DNA of 32,000 nucleotides. It comes from Moraxella nasicaprae. GTDB taxonomy: Bacteria; Pseudomonadota; Gammaproteobacteria; Pseudomonadales; Moraxellaceae. Shown here one piece after another: positions 1 through 9,478 of this stretch; the first letter of the stretch is position 1, and each line of letters starts with the position of its first letter. A model generated the notes under the pieces. The model was given only the letters and a program-made list of their open reading frames with translations. It had not been told where the DNA came from and searched no databases. A program made the position numbers and the translations under genes. The stretch lies in contig NZ_CP089977.1 in NCBI RefSeq assembly GCF_025643275.1, positions 30,001 through 62,000 on the forward strand, given 5' to 3'.

Positions 1-149
1 CGCAAATCCACACTTGCCCAAGTCGGGGCTTTGTCGATGACCTTATCGCACCAAGTACGGTTTTCTAGCTTGGGAGCAAATTCAAACGGACGGTATTTGG
101 TATGGTCAAAAGCGGGGTTTTTGGGGGTGATTTTTGGGCTATTGCTCAT
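1..149 (-). CDS. leuA: 2-isopropylmalate synthase, long form, N-terminal part only (runs off the left edge)
   Basis: Minus-strand translation from the ATG (rc of cat at 147-149) gives MSNSPKITPKNPAFDHTKYRPFEFAPKLENRTWCDKVIDKAPTWASVDL. This matches the conserved N-terminus of long-form LeuA (Y.PF....L.DRTW..K.I..AP.W.SVDLRDGNQ). A purine-rich RBS (agagag) sits just upstream. It is absent from the ORF track because no stop lies in the window. Confidence 0.75.
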   Translation of the reverse strand, partial: MSNSPKITPKNPAFDHTKYRPFEFAPKLENRTWCDKVIDKAPTWASVDL

Positions 150-214
150 TTTTCTCTCTTTATTTCATTTGCTTAGGAACATAAAAACATCAATGGATAC
201 GGTCTTTTATACGG

Positions 215-982
215 CTACTTTTTAATGGCTTCATACGCCCCAACTCCAATCGCCTGAATTGGCAAGGTAACCACATCAATCGCCAATGCTGACAAAAATA
301 ACAATGGCGATACAGCAGATAAAGTTGCTTTGGCAGGACTGTATTTTTCTTCGGTATAATAAAATTCAAGCTCAATCGGCTGTCTAAAAGTATGTGTCAA
401 ATCGGCATTGGGCAAGGCAGGAATTGCTGTCATATTCAATGCCAAAGTTTTACCATATTCAAAACGCACATCACCTTTGCCATAATAGGCATTGTCATTT
501 GAGGTCAGTTTAAAGCCTGTATCTTCAAGCAGCTGCTTTTCTTTGGTGGTAGCAGGTAAATCAACATGGCGAGAGAACCGAATACTCACCAGTTGCTCTA
601 CTTGGTCAATGGTGTGATTTGGTGTTTTGACTGCAATGTCGGTAACATCACCTAAGCCCAAAAACAGATAACGCATATCAAATTCAGACAGTCTCTGAAA
701 AAATTTGGCATCATCGGCATTTTTGGGTGTCAAAATCAGCGTTGAATTTTTACCAATCAACAATAAGGCATTGGGATAACCTGCAATCGGCGTTTTGGGC
801 TTGGCAATGGCGATATAGCTGTCTTTGAGTAGTGTGTGCGAAATGGTCTTGGTGTTGCTATCACTGCAAGCGTCCGAAAGACAAATTGCCCCAGCACGGT
901 GTAATGCGTTGGTTGCCAAACACCCTGTCAGGCTTGTACCTACAATCATTGCCAAAGCAGTCGTCAATGCCCATTTTTTCAT
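215..982 (-). CDS. hypothetical lipoprotein with C-terminal hydrophobic segment
   Basis: 255-aa ORF with an ATG start. The signal peptide has a lipobox (MKKWALTTALAMIVGTSLTGC). I recognise no family. Confidence 0.7.
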   Translation of the reverse strand: MKKWALTTALAMIVGTSLTGCLATNALHRAGAICLSDACSDSNTKTISHTLLKDSYIAIAKPKTPIAGYPNALLLIGKNSTLILTPKNADDAKFFQRLSEFDMRYLFLGLGDVTDIAVKTPNHTIDQVEQLVSIRFSRHVDLPATTKEKQLLEDTGFKLTSNDNAYYGKGDVRFEYGKTLALNMTAIPALPNADLTHTFRQPIELEFYYTEEKYSPAKATLSAVSPLLFLSALAIDVVTLPIQAIGVGAYEAIKK

Positions 983-1153
983 AAAAATATCCCAATCAAT
1001 TTATCAAGCCAAATTTGGTAGTTCCTTATCTTATACATCATACCAAATTTTTTTGGTAAATTTCACTTAAAATTGAAAAATTTTCCCCATCAATGAGCTA
1101 AAATCACTAAAATTATGCTAAAATATAGTCAATTTCACTATTATTTTAAAAAT

Positions 1154-1624
1154 ATGTCAAACCAAGCCCCCAATTTAGACCCCATTGATAAAAAACTGCT
1201 CCGCCATCTTAGCCAAAATGCCCAAGCCAGCATTAGCGAACTTGCCGAAAGCGTCCACTTATCCGCCACGCCCACCGCACGGCGAGTTAAACGGCTAGAA
1301 GAACTTGGTATCATCACAGGCTATCACGCCCAAACAAGCCCTGCCAAATTGGGCTATACGCTGTCCGTCTTTGTTGCGGTGAGTATGGATAAACATACCG
1401 CCGAACGCTTCCACGAATTTGAAAGCCAAATCAAATCGTTTGATGAGGTGGTGTCGTGTAGTCTTGTAACAGGGCGAACGGAAGATTATTTATTAAAGGT
1501 AATGGTCAAAGATATGGCACATTATGAAGAATTTTTATTACACCGATTAAGCAAAATTGAAGGCGTAAGCCAGCTGCATACCAGTTTTGAATTAAGGGAA
1601 GTGTTTAGTCGGGGAGTGGTTTAA
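1154..1624 (+). CDS. Lrp/AsnC family transcriptional regulator
   Basis: LDPIDKKLLRHLSQNAQASISELAESVHLSATPTARRVKRLEELGIITGY is a typical AsnC-type HTH, followed by a RAM-like domain. I prefer the internal ATG at 1154 (MSNQAPN...) to the track start at 1115. Confidence 0.85.
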   Translation: MSNQAPNLDPIDKKLLRHLSQNAQASISELAESVHLSATPTARRVKRLEELGIITGYHAQTSPAKLGYTLSVFVAVSMDKHTAERFHEFESQIKSFDEVVSCSLVTGRTEDYLLKVMVKDMAHYEEFLLHRLSKIEGVSQLHTSFELREVFSRGVV

Positions 1625-1634
1625 AGGATAAAAA

Positions 1635-2147
1635 ATGAAAATTGCAATTATTGGATTTAGCGGTTCTGGCAAATCAACTTTGGCAAAATTTTTGGCAAAT
1701 ACTCATCAATTACCTGTTTTGCATTTGGATAGCGTGCATTGGTTACCCAATTGGCAAGAACGCCCATTGGAAAATGAAATGGATATTGTGAATGACTTTT
1801 TAAACAACAACAAAAATTGGGTGATAGAAGGCAATTATCACAGTGTTTGTTTTGATAAAAGAATGGAACAAGCCGATATAATTATTGTGATGATATTACC
1901 TGCTTGGCAATGTTATATTCGTGTTTTAAAACGCTATATTCGCTATCGTAATACAACTCGCCCTGATATGGGCGAAGGTTGCAATGAAAAAATAGATTGG
2001 GAATTTAGCAAATGGGTATTAAAAAATGGACGACAACCCAAACATCATAAACAACTCCAAACCATTCAAACCAGATATAAAGAAAAAGTCATTGTATTAA
2101 GAAACCAACAACAAATTGATGAGTTTATGATAAAGTCAATGAATTAA
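1635..2147 (+). CDS. P-loop NTPase, adenylate-kinase-like (topology modulation protein FlaR-like)
   Basis: N-terminal Walker A motif (MKIAIIGFSGSGKSTLAK). Size and layout fit small FlaR/AAA kinase-like proteins. RBS aaagga lies upstream. Confidence 0.7.
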   Translation: MKIAIIGFSGSGKSTLAKFLANTHQLPVLHLDSVHWLPNWQERPLENEMDIVNDFLNNNKNWVIEGNYHSVCFDKRMEQADIIIVMILPAWQCYIRVLKRYIRYRNTTRPDMGEGCNEKIDWEFSKWVLKNGRQPKHHKQLQTIQTRYKEKVIVLRNQQQIDEFMIKSMN

Positions 2148-2170
2148 AAAACAAAAGAGGTTGATGACTA

Positions 2171-2608
2171 ATGAAAAAATCCTTAATTTATATTTTGATA
2201 TTCTTTGTCATTTGTATGATTGTATTGATACTTTTTCTTTATTTTAAGCCCATTACCATTTTGGGCAATGTCAAAGTCTATCGGCATTTGGATAGATTGC
2301 ATTATATTTATTATAAAGATACAAAGATTGGTTATATGAGTGCATTGGATAGTTGGTATGTACAAGATGGAAAAGTTTATGGCTCTACCAGTAATATCAA
2401 TGCAAATTATGATAAAATAGATTATTTTTATATCAATATCTGCACCGATGAAATTTATATCACACCCTATTATAAAGACTTTGAAGATTTCTTAGACAAA
2501 AGAAAAATTGACACCAATAAACGAAATTATATGAGTGGCAATAATGTTGTTGCCCCTTATCAAGACAGACACCCTTATGATAAAAATTACCAATGCCCAA
2601 AAGACTAA
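2171..2608 (+). CDS. hypothetical membrane-anchored protein, Tyr/Asn/Lys-rich
   Basis: 145-aa ORF with one N-terminal TM helix (LIYILIFFVICMIVLILFLYF). RBS agagg lies upstream. No family recognised. AT-rich codon usage. Confidence 0.55.
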   Translation: MKKSLIYILIFFVICMIVLILFLYFKPITILGNVKVYRHLDRLHYIYYKDTKIGYMSALDSWYVQDGKVYGSTSNINANYDKIDYFYINICTDEIYITPYYKDFEDFLDKRKIDTNKRNYMSGNNVVAPYQDRHPYDKNYQCPKD

Positions 2609-2612
2609 AAAT

Positions 2613-3176
2613 CTAATGATTTAATAAATGCGTTACCAAAATAAACACCCCAATCGCTATTAACACCACACCGCCCATTATTTGAGCGATTTTACCCACC
2701 TTTTTGCCCAATGTTGCCCCAACAGATACGCCCAAAGTGGTCATCAAAAAGGTGGTCAGTCCAATCAACGCCCCTGCCAGCCAAATATTGACACTCAAAA
2801 ACGCCAAAGACACGCCCACAATCATTGCATCAATACTGGTGGCAAAGGCGGTCAAAAGCGTTTTGGTAAAGGAGGTGGGCTTGGGCATTTCATCGCCCCC
2901 ATCGCCAATGGTCTCATAAATCAGATGACCACCAATCCCTGCCAGCAAAATAAAACTTAGCCAATGATCAAAGGCTTGTACAAAAGCGTGGGCAAATCGC
3001 CCCACAAAATAGCCCATCATCGGCATTAGCATTTCGGTAATGCCAAAAGTTGCCCCCACTTTTAAAGCGGTAGCAACACTTACCGTGCGTTTGTGCGTGC
3101 CTTGCACAATGGCAGCAGCAAATGCGTCCATTGACATCGCAAAGGCAAGGGCAATTAAAGCAATGGCATTCATCAA
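2613..3176 (-). CDS. mntP: manganese efflux pump MntP
   Basis: MNAIALIALAFAMSMDAFAAAI... with a duplicated DUF204-type repeat (SMDAFA / SIDAMIVG) and about six TM segments. The start overlaps the gloB stop. Confidence 0.85.
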   Translation of the reverse strand: MMNAIALIALAFAMSMDAFAAAIVQGTHKRTVSVATALKVGATFGITEMLMPMMGYFVGRFAHAFVQAFDHWLSFILLAGIGGHLIYETIGDGGDEMPKPTSFTKTLLTAFATSIDAMIVGVSLAFLSVNIWLAGALIGLTTFLMTTLGVSVGATLGKKVGKIAQIMGGVVLIAIGVFILVTHLLNH

Positions 3177-3964
3177 AAACGATTCTTCAACTCTCTAAGA
3201 AAAGCAAACAATGCCAAATAATCATCAGCATGACCAAGAAAGCCGTTTTGTTTTGCCTGATGCAGAAGTTCATCGCTGGGATTGAAAGCGGCAAAAAAAG
3301 GATTGATTTTCTTTTCATTCGCCAAAGTGGTCGGCAAAGTGGGCAAATCATCGGCACGCAGCTGTGCATCATCAATCATCTGCTTGGCGATGTCGGTGTT
3401 GCTTGGTTCTAAAAATTGGGCAAATTTTAGATTTGATAGCGTGTATTCATGAGCAGGATAAAAAATCGTATCATCAGGCAATGTCTGATAACGAGCAAAA
3501 CTGTCATACATCTGTTCTATTGTGCCAGTAAATATTCGACCACAGCCTGCCTTAAATAGCGTATCACCACAAAATACCTGTGTACGCCCAGCCATTTGAC
3601 ACAGATAGCTTAGATGGGTATCGGTATGCCCTGCTGTTTGCCATACTTGAAAATCAAGATTGAGCAGATGAAAAATCGACCCCTCATCGACCAGTGTATC
3701 AGCATTGACATTATGATTATTATGTGCGTACACAGTAATGTCAGGATAGCGTTTACGCAACGCTGCCACACCACCAATATGGTCATCATGATGGTGCGTG
3801 ATGAGAATCGCCACAGGATTGATTTGTCTATCATCAAGATAGTCGCTCACAGCAGTATCTTGACCTGGATCAATGATGATTGCTTGTTGGTCTTTGATGA
3901 TAAGCCAGATGTAGTTATCATCAAAGGCTTTGATGGCGTGCAGTCGATGGGTAGGCGTGGTCAT
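3173..3964 (-). CDS. gloB: hydroxyacylglutathione hydrolase (glyoxalase II)
   Basis: Metallo-beta-lactamase motif ILITHHHDDHIGG, later TAGHTDTHLSY, and a C-terminal HAGH-like region (NPF..). Confidence 0.85.
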   Translation of the reverse strand: MTTPTHRLHAIKAFDDNYIWLIIKDQQAIIIDPGQDTAVSDYLDDRQINPVAILITHHHDDHIGGVAALRKRYPDITVYAHNNHNVNADTLVDEGSIFHLLNLDFQVWQTAGHTDTHLSYLCQMAGRTQVFCGDTLFKAGCGRIFTGTIEQMYDSFARYQTLPDDTIFYPAHEYTLSNLKFAQFLEPSNTDIAKQMIDDAQLRADDLPTLPTTLANEKKINPFFAAFNPSDELLHQAKQNGFLGHADDYLALFAFLRELKNRF

Positions 3965-3979
3965 TTGGCTATCCTTGTG

Positions 3980-5074
3980 TTATCCGTATTGGCGTTCAAA
4001 CTCTTTCATGAACGACACCAACTGCTCAACTTGTGCCAGTGTGACCGCATTGTAGATACTGGCACGCATACCGCCCACCACACGATGACCTTTTAGGTTT
4101 AACAATCCTGCCTCTTTGGATTTTTCCAAAAAGACTTTGTCAAGCTCGCTGTTTGCCAGTGTAAAAGGCACATTCATGATAGAGCGATATTGTGGATTGA
4201 CTTGATTATGATAAAAATCACTGTTGTCAATGGCTTGATATAAGGCATTGGCTTTGGCTTGATTGATTTTGGCAATCGCCTCTACACCGCCTTGCTCAAT
4301 GAGCCATTCAAACACCAGTCCCGATAGATACCATGCATAAGTCGATGGCGTGTTTAGCATTGAGTCGTTTTCAAATTGGTTTTTGTAATTCATGACCGCA
4401 GGACACCATGCACTGGCTTGTTCCATCAAATCTTTACGCACAATAACCAGCGTCAAACCAGCAGGTCCGATATTTTTTTGAGCCCCAGCATAAATCAGAC
4501 CAAATTGATTGACATCAATGGGTGCAGACAAGATGCACGATGACATATCTGCCACAATCGGTGCATTTACCTTTGGCACATCAAACATTTGCACCCCGTG
4601 AATGGTCTCATTAGGGCAATAGTGAAAATAGCTGGCATTATCCGACAGTTGCCATTGCTCCATCGATGGAATGTCGGTAAACCCAGACGCATCGCCTGAG
4701 GCAACCAAATTTACCTTGCCCAAACCCAAAGTTTCATAGCGTTTGGCTTCTTTGTAGGCTTTTTGAGACCAAGTGCCTGTTTCTAGATAGTCCGCCACGC
4801 CACCATTCATCAGATTCAGCGGAATGGCAGAAAACTGCAATGCCGCTCCACCTTGCAAAAATAGCACCGCATAATCATCGCTGATGTTCATCAGCTTTCT
4901 AAGATTACTTTCTGCCTGTTGGGCAAGCTCCATATAGTCTGCACTGCGATGGCTAATCTCCATCACCGACACGCCCAGATTATGCCAATCTAACATCTCT
5001 GCTTGTGCTTTTTGCAATACAGCGGTCGGCATTGTTGCAGGGCCTGCACAAAAATTTGCCAAACGATTTGTCAT
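3980..5074 (-). CDS. serC: 3-phosphoserine/phosphohydroxythreonine aminotransferase
   Basis: FCAGPATMPTAVLQKAQAEM...SHRS...GAQKNIGPAGLT (PLP lysine context) matches SerC. Of three tandem ATGs I favour the third (5074) for its spacing from RBS agagga. The track start at 5098 is TTG. Confidence 0.9.
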   Translation of the reverse strand: MTNRLANFCAGPATMPTAVLQKAQAEMLDWHNLGVSVMEISHRSADYMELAQQAESNLRKLMNISDDYAVLFLQGGAALQFSAIPLNLMNGGVADYLETGTWSQKAYKEAKRYETLGLGKVNLVASGDASGFTDIPSMEQWQLSDNASYFHYCPNETIHGVQMFDVPKVNAPIVADMSSCILSAPIDVNQFGLIYAGAQKNIGPAGLTLVIVRKDLMEQASAWCPAVMNYKNQFENDSMLNTPSTYAWYLSGLVFEWLIEQGGVEAIAKINQAKANALYQAIDNSDFYHNQVNPQYRSIMNVPFTLANSELDKVFLEKSKEAGLLNLKGHRVVGGMRASIYNAVTLAQVEQLVSFMKEFERQYG

Positions 5075-5133
5075 CATCATTCCTCTTTGATTGTCCAAAA
5101 AATTATCAATAGTTTATCATAAATTTGACACAG

Positions 5134-5850
5134 TCATTGGTGTAAAAATTGCCAAAATTGTTTTTTTTGTTCGCCAGCCGCTGACATATCTGCCAAACTA
5201 AATTGACTTAGCCATGCCGTATCTGTTTCGATGGCGTCATGCATTTGGGTTAGGGTCAATACTTGTATGCTGCTATCGCCTTTGGTCAGCCCAAAAACAA
5301 AACCATCAAGACTACGCTGAGCAAGTAATGGCTGTCCATAAATCTCATCAAATGGATAGGATAACTGACGAATTTGGTGGCGATATTGGTGCTGCTTGGC
5401 GTTTTTTTCTAGGGCTTGCATGAGTGATGACCAGACAGATTTGGTTGCCATTTCTAGCTGATGTTCATCAACCAACAATAGCCAGTTTCGATACAATACC
5501 GCAGACAACTGATATGAGATACTTGGCTGATTTTCTTGTAATGCACTCGATGATGAGTCGGTTTTTGTGTCTTGACTGGCAAGGTCGGATATCTTATCAG
5601 TATTGAGTGCAATCGGCTGATGAATGATGTCTGGCGTGGTCAAAGTCTCACTCTGCAAAACCGTGATGGGCGTGTCATTGGGTGTTGCCAGATGTGATGA
5701 CAGCTGTGAGATGGGCAAAGCATGCACCGTGGCGAAATCCACCGCCTGCACCTGTGTTGAACGCCCTGCCCATAACTGCATACCAATCTGGGAAAAGATA
5801 TAGCGATTTTGCACCAATGATGGTGTTTGCTGAGTCATCATCTTGACCAT
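5134..5850 (-). CDS. hypothetical protein, possible long-form DNA polymerase III psi subunit (HolD-like)
   Basis: The N-terminus (NRYIFSQIGMQLWAGR) resembles E. coli HolD RDWQLQQLGITQWSLRR. The C-terminus (LADMSAAGEQKKQFWQFL) resembles LTDLRANPTARAALWQQI. The middle is longer and Ser/Thr/Gln-rich. The start is uncertain (ATGs at 5850, 5841 and 5838). Confidence 0.6.
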   Translation of the reverse strand: MVKMMTQQTPSLVQNRYIFSQIGMQLWAGRSTQVQAVDFATVHALPISQLSSHLATPNDTPITVLQSETLTTPDIIHQPIALNTDKISDLASQDTKTDSSSSALQENQPSISYQLSAVLYRNWLLLVDEHQLEMATKSVWSSLMQALEKNAKQHQYRHQIRQLSYPFDEIYGQPLLAQRSLDGFVFGLTKGDSSIQVLTLTQMHDAIETDTAWLSQFSLADMSAAGEQKKQFWQFLHQ

Positions 5851-5980
5851 AACCAAAGAATTTTGCTCATTTTATCAACAAAACCAATAAAAGTATAATC
5901 GTAAAGCACGATAAATCATCTTTTTTACCCCAAAATGACCGCCATTTATCATTTTTTGTACAAAAAATCGAAAATCTGAC

Positions 5981-6009
5981 TTGCAATTTAGCACCAAGGT
6001 CGCTAATAT
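5981..6009 (+). promoter_or_regulatory. putative sigma70 promoter (TTGCAA-17 bp-TAATAT)
   Basis: ttgcaa at 5981-5986 and taatat at 6004-6009 with 17-bp spacing, about 265 nt upstream of rlpA. Sequence match only. Confidence 0.3.
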
Positions 6010-6274
6010 AGGGTTAATGAATTGGCGATATTTTGATAAATATTACAAAATATTACTAAAATTCATTAAAATTGCCTAGATTTTTTAGTTCATCTATGGC
6101 ATCATAAATCATCGTTTGAAATATCTTGATACAAACGAGATTCCACCCCTGACAAAGTGCCTTTGGCATTATGTTGGGATACATTCACTAATAACACTTG
6201 ATATTGATACTTATCGATTGGTATTGATGTGCAGAATCGGTGTTTTTGACATCAGACGGCACTAAGAGGTAACC

Positions 6275-6859
6275 ATGAACACAGTTAGCAAATCGCTGAT
6301 GCGTTTGGCAGGCATCACGCTTGGCGTGAGTTTGGGTCTGTCAGCACAAGCTAACAGCACGGCAAATACTGCCAACATCGATAGAGTGCTAAATCAACTC
6401 ACTGCTCAGCACAACAATACATCTAGCTTGGTGCGTAATGCTCGCCAATCGGCTTCTTTGTCTTTAAGCAGTCCTTTGGTTCAACAAACCGCCAGAAAAG
6501 AAAAAGCCACTAATGACAATAGCCCTGTTTTGGAAAAATTGACCGCTGTTGCATCTAGCACCGTCAATCGTTTCAAACAAACAGGCATTGCATCTTGGTA
6601 TGGTCGTCAATTTCACGGTCGCAAAACCGCCAATGGCGAAACTTTTGACATGAACGCAATGACCGCTGCACATAGCACACTCCCAATGAACTGCTATGTC
6701 AGAGTGACAAATCATGACAATGGCAAGTCTGTCATCGTCAAAATCAATGACCGACCAAAAACCGACAAGGTGCTTGATTTATCTTATGGTGCAGCTCGTG
6801 CCATTGGTATTTCTGGTAATCTGGGTAATGTTACCATCGAACGAGTCGATGGACCATAA
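6275..6859 (+). CDS. rlpA: septal ring lytic transglycosylase RlpA family protein (DPBB domain)
   Basis: Signal peptide followed by GIASWYGRQFHGRKTANGETFDMNAMTAAHSTLPMNCYVRVTNHDNGKSVIVKINDR, the RlpA double-psi beta-barrel signature. RBS agagg lies upstream. Confidence 0.85.
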   Translation: MNTVSKSLMRLAGITLGVSLGLSAQANSTANTANIDRVLNQLTAQHNNTSSLVRNARQSASLSLSSPLVQQTARKEKATNDNSPVLEKLTAVASSTVNRFKQTGIASWYGRQFHGRKTANGETFDMNAMTAAHSTLPMNCYVRVTNHDNGKSVIVKINDRPKTDKVLDLSYGAARAIGISGNLGNVTIERVDGP

Positions 6860-6880
6860 ACCCCAAAATAAGGCCAAAAA

Positions 6881-6916
6881 AAGACCGAAAAAATGGATTG
6901 TTTTTCGGTCTTTTTT
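6881..6916. terminator. bidirectional rho-independent terminator between rlpA and the ABC ATPase gene
   Basis: aaagaccgaaaaa / tttttcggtcttt stem flanked by an A-run and a T-run. Confidence 0.8.
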
Positions 6917-6933
6917 ATTGGGCGATATGCACC

Positions 6934-7689
6934 CTACTGAGCGATGGCATCTAAAATTTGCCGTTTTAGTTGTAGCGATGCTTGACTGTGCAAAAAATCC
7001 GCCTGCTTTGGTATGATAAAAGGTGTGGATAATGTGGCAGGGAATCCAGACAACACATAGATATAATCAGCCAAATACATCGCCTCATCAATATCATGCG
7101 TGATGATAAGACAAGTTAATCCTAATGACTGCTGAAAACGCCGAAACCAATCATACATTTGTGTTTTGGTGACATAATCCAATGCCGAGAAAGGCTCGTC
7201 CAGCAACATCAGATGGTCATTGCTAAGATAAGTGCGTAATAAAGCCGCCCGCTGCTTTTGTCCGCCCGACAATGTTTGGGGATATTTTGATAGCAAGCCG
7301 TCAAGCCCAAATTCTGCCTGATGACGATGGATTTGGGCATGGATTTGGGTTTTTGACACACCTTGTAGCACCAATGGTAAGGCAATGTTGTCATACACGC
7401 TCTTAAATGGCAGTAGCAAGTCTTTTTGGAGCATATATCCCACATGACCTGCCTGCCCCGTTCTGTCTTGTCCATCTATCAGCACTTTGCCTGCTTGCGG
7501 TGTAATCAGACCAGAAGCGATGTTAAACAAAGTTGTTTTGCCAACACCGCTTGCACCAACAATCGCCACCACATCAGCCGTCTTGACGGATAAGTTTAGT
7601 TTATCAAATAAAGGTTTTTGTTCGCCTGATGCGATGGTAAAACTATGGCAAATGCCATCAAGTCGCAATTTATCAAAGGTATGGGTCAT
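6934..7689 (-). CDS. ABC transporter ATP-binding protein (NitT/TauT-type, ThiZ-like)
   Basis: Walker A GASGVGKTT, signature LSGGQKQR, Walker B LMLLDEPFSALD. Confidence 0.9.
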   Translation of the reverse strand: MTHTFDKLRLDGICHSFTIASGEQKPLFDKLNLSVKTADVVAIVGASGVGKTTLFNIASGLITPQAGKVLIDGQDRTGQAGHVGYMLQKDLLLPFKSVYDNIALPLVLQGVSKTQIHAQIHRHQAEFGLDGLLSKYPQTLSGGQKQRAALLRTYLSNDHLMLLDEPFSALDYVTKTQMYDWFRRFQQSLGLTCLIITHDIDEAMYLADYIYVLSGFPATLSTPFIIPKQADFLHSQASLQLKRQILDAIAQ

Positions 7690-8675
7690 TGTGGCAAATA
7701 GTCATTGCTGACGCCTGCTTGTGGAGCAAAAGGCTTATCAATCAGCTTATGTTGATACACCCAATCAAAAAAAGAATCCCAGCGAGCATAGTCAAATCTA
7801 CCCCATTGACCATTTTTATCCAGATAGGTTGGCGAAATATAGGCTTGGCTGGCCATCGCCAATTCTGGATTGATTTCTGGGGCGTGTTTCATCAAAATCT
7901 TCGCACTTTCTTCTGGATTTTTGGCGGCATACAGATAACCTGCTTCGATGGCAGCCAAGGCTTTTTTGTAGCGTTCTGGATTGTCTGCCAATGCCTTACT
8001 GTTGGCAATCAAAACTGGTGAATAATAGTCAAAGACAGGATTGGTATCTTTTAAATAAAAGAAATTGGTATCGACACCCTTGATGCCAGCATGAATGCCG
8101 TCCCAGCTATAATATGCCAAAATATAGTCAAACTGATTCATACGCAATGCTGTTGTTGCATCGGTGCTTTCACCAGGAATTTTGACCAAATTATCGCCAA
8201 CCACACTAGCAACCGTAGCATCGTCCACAGGGTCTTCCCAAGTTGAATAGCGTTTGCCGTTCAAATCAGCTGGTGAAGTTGCTCCCAATGATTTTAGTGA
8301 TAACAAACCTGCACTGTTGCTTTGTGTGATGGCGGCAACTGCCGTGATTGGCTCGCCTTTGTTTAAGCGTTTGACCATGTTGGGCTGAAAATACACTCCA
8401 AAATCTGCCCGACCACTTGCCACCAATGTGGAGGTGCTGTCTTCGCTGGGCTGTACGATTTTGGCATCAAACCCTTGTTTAGCAAAATAACCCTGATCCA
8501 ACGCCACATACAAGCCTGTATGATTGGTGTTTGGCACCCAATCTAGGGCGATGATTAACTCTTGGAGTTGTTCTGGGTTTGCCACTTGCTTGTCTGCTTT
8601 GTCTTGGCAAGCACCCAAGCCCAATGCTGCCAGCAACGCTGTACCCATCATCAACGATTTTGGAAAAAATTTCAT
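7686..8675 (-). CDS. ABC transporter substrate-binding lipoprotein, NMT1/THI5-like (ThiY-like pyrimidine-precursor binding protein)
   Basis: Lipobox LGLGAC, then ALDWVPNTNHTGLYVALDQGYFAKQGFD, typical of NMT1/THI5-fold binding proteins. The ATG at 8675 has RBS aaggag 7 nt upstream. Confidence 0.8.
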   Translation of the reverse strand: MKFFPKSLMMGTALLAALGLGACQDKADKQVANPEQLQELIIALDWVPNTNHTGLYVALDQGYFAKQGFDAKIVQPSEDSTSTLVASGRADFGVYFQPNMVKRLNKGEPITAVAAITQSNSAGLLSLKSLGATSPADLNGKRYSTWEDPVDDATVASVVGDNLVKIPGESTDATTALRMNQFDYILAYYSWDGIHAGIKGVDTNFFYLKDTNPVFDYYSPVLIANSKALADNPERYKKALAAIEAGYLYAAKNPEESAKILMKHAPEINPELAMASQAYISPTYLDKNGQWGRFDYARWDSFFDWVYQHKLIDKPFAPQAGVSNDYLPQ

Positions 8676-8678
8676 CAA

Positions 8679-9440
8679 TCACTCCTTGTTTTTGTAGTGC
8701 ATGGCACGATTTTCAAGCCATTTCACTAATGCAATCAACAGCAAAGTTAAAAAACTGATTAAAAAAATGACCGCAAACATATTATCCAGTTCGTAGGATT
8801 TTCGCACTCGGGTCATATACACACCAAGCCCATGATAGCCACCAAGCCACTCTGCCACTACCGCAGAAATGAGTGCGTAGGATAATGCCACTTTTAATCC
8901 TGTAAAAAAATATCCCATTGCAGAGGGTATTTTTAGGTGTATGTAAGTCTGATAAGTGGTTGCTTTCATGGATTTAAATAGATTGAGCTGTTCGTTTTCA
9001 ACCGAACGATAACCGTCCAATAACGCAATGGTCATCGGAAAAAATACCGATAAAACCACCAGCACCACTTTGGGCAAAATCCCATAACCCAACCAAATGA
9101 CCAACAAAGGTGCGATGGCAATCGTGGGAATGGTCTGATTAAGCAATAAAATCGGATAAACTTTTTGGCGAAATCCTTTGGATAAATCCATCAAAATGGA
9201 CAAAATAAAGCTCAATAATAGCCCTATTGCAGTACCAAGAAACGCTGTGGCAAGCGTGTACTGAGCATGATGAGCCAGCAACAAGGCATCATCAAATAGT
9301 GCTTGCAAGATTTGGCTAGGACTGGGTAATAAATAATCAGGCAACACCCCTATCATCACCACGCCCTGCCATACCGCCAGCAATAAGATGACCAAGCTAT
9401 ATTGCCCAAATAATGCACCCAAGCGAACAAAGGCTTTCAT
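8679..9440 (-). CDS. ABC transporter permease (ThiX-like)
   Basis: 253-aa multi-TM protein of the BPD-transport type, first gene of the permease-SBP-ATPase operon. Confidence 0.85.
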   Translation of the reverse strand: MKAFVRLGALFGQYSLVILLLAVWQGVVMIGVLPDYLLPSPSQILQALFDDALLLAHHAQYTLATAFLGTAIGLLLSFILSILMDLSKGFRQKVYPILLLNQTIPTIAIAPLLVIWLGYGILPKVVLVVLSVFFPMTIALLDGYRSVENEQLNLFKSMKATTYQTYIHLKIPSAMGYFFTGLKVALSYALISAVVAEWLGGYHGLGVYMTRVRKSYELDNMFAVIFLISFLTLLLIALVKWLENRAMHYKNKE

Positions 9441-9469
9441 GGCTATTTTGGGTAAAATTTAATAGAAAT

Positions 9470-9478
9470 ATTATAACA
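9470..9478 (-). promoter_or_regulatory. putative extended -10 promoter (TGtTATAAT) for the ABC importer operon
   Basis: The reverse complement of attataaca reads tgttataat, about 30 nt upstream of the permease ATG and directly downstream of the yghU terminator. Confidence 0.45.

Noticed and set aside
31-225. 64-aa plus-strand ORF at the left edge
   Set aside because: It is antisense to a clear leuA N-terminus (1-149, minus strand) and has no RBS or recognisable motif. It is most likely spurious.
3170-3180. yybP-ykoY manganese riboswitch in front of mntP
   Set aside because: The mntP start overlaps the gloB stop, so there is no leader at all.
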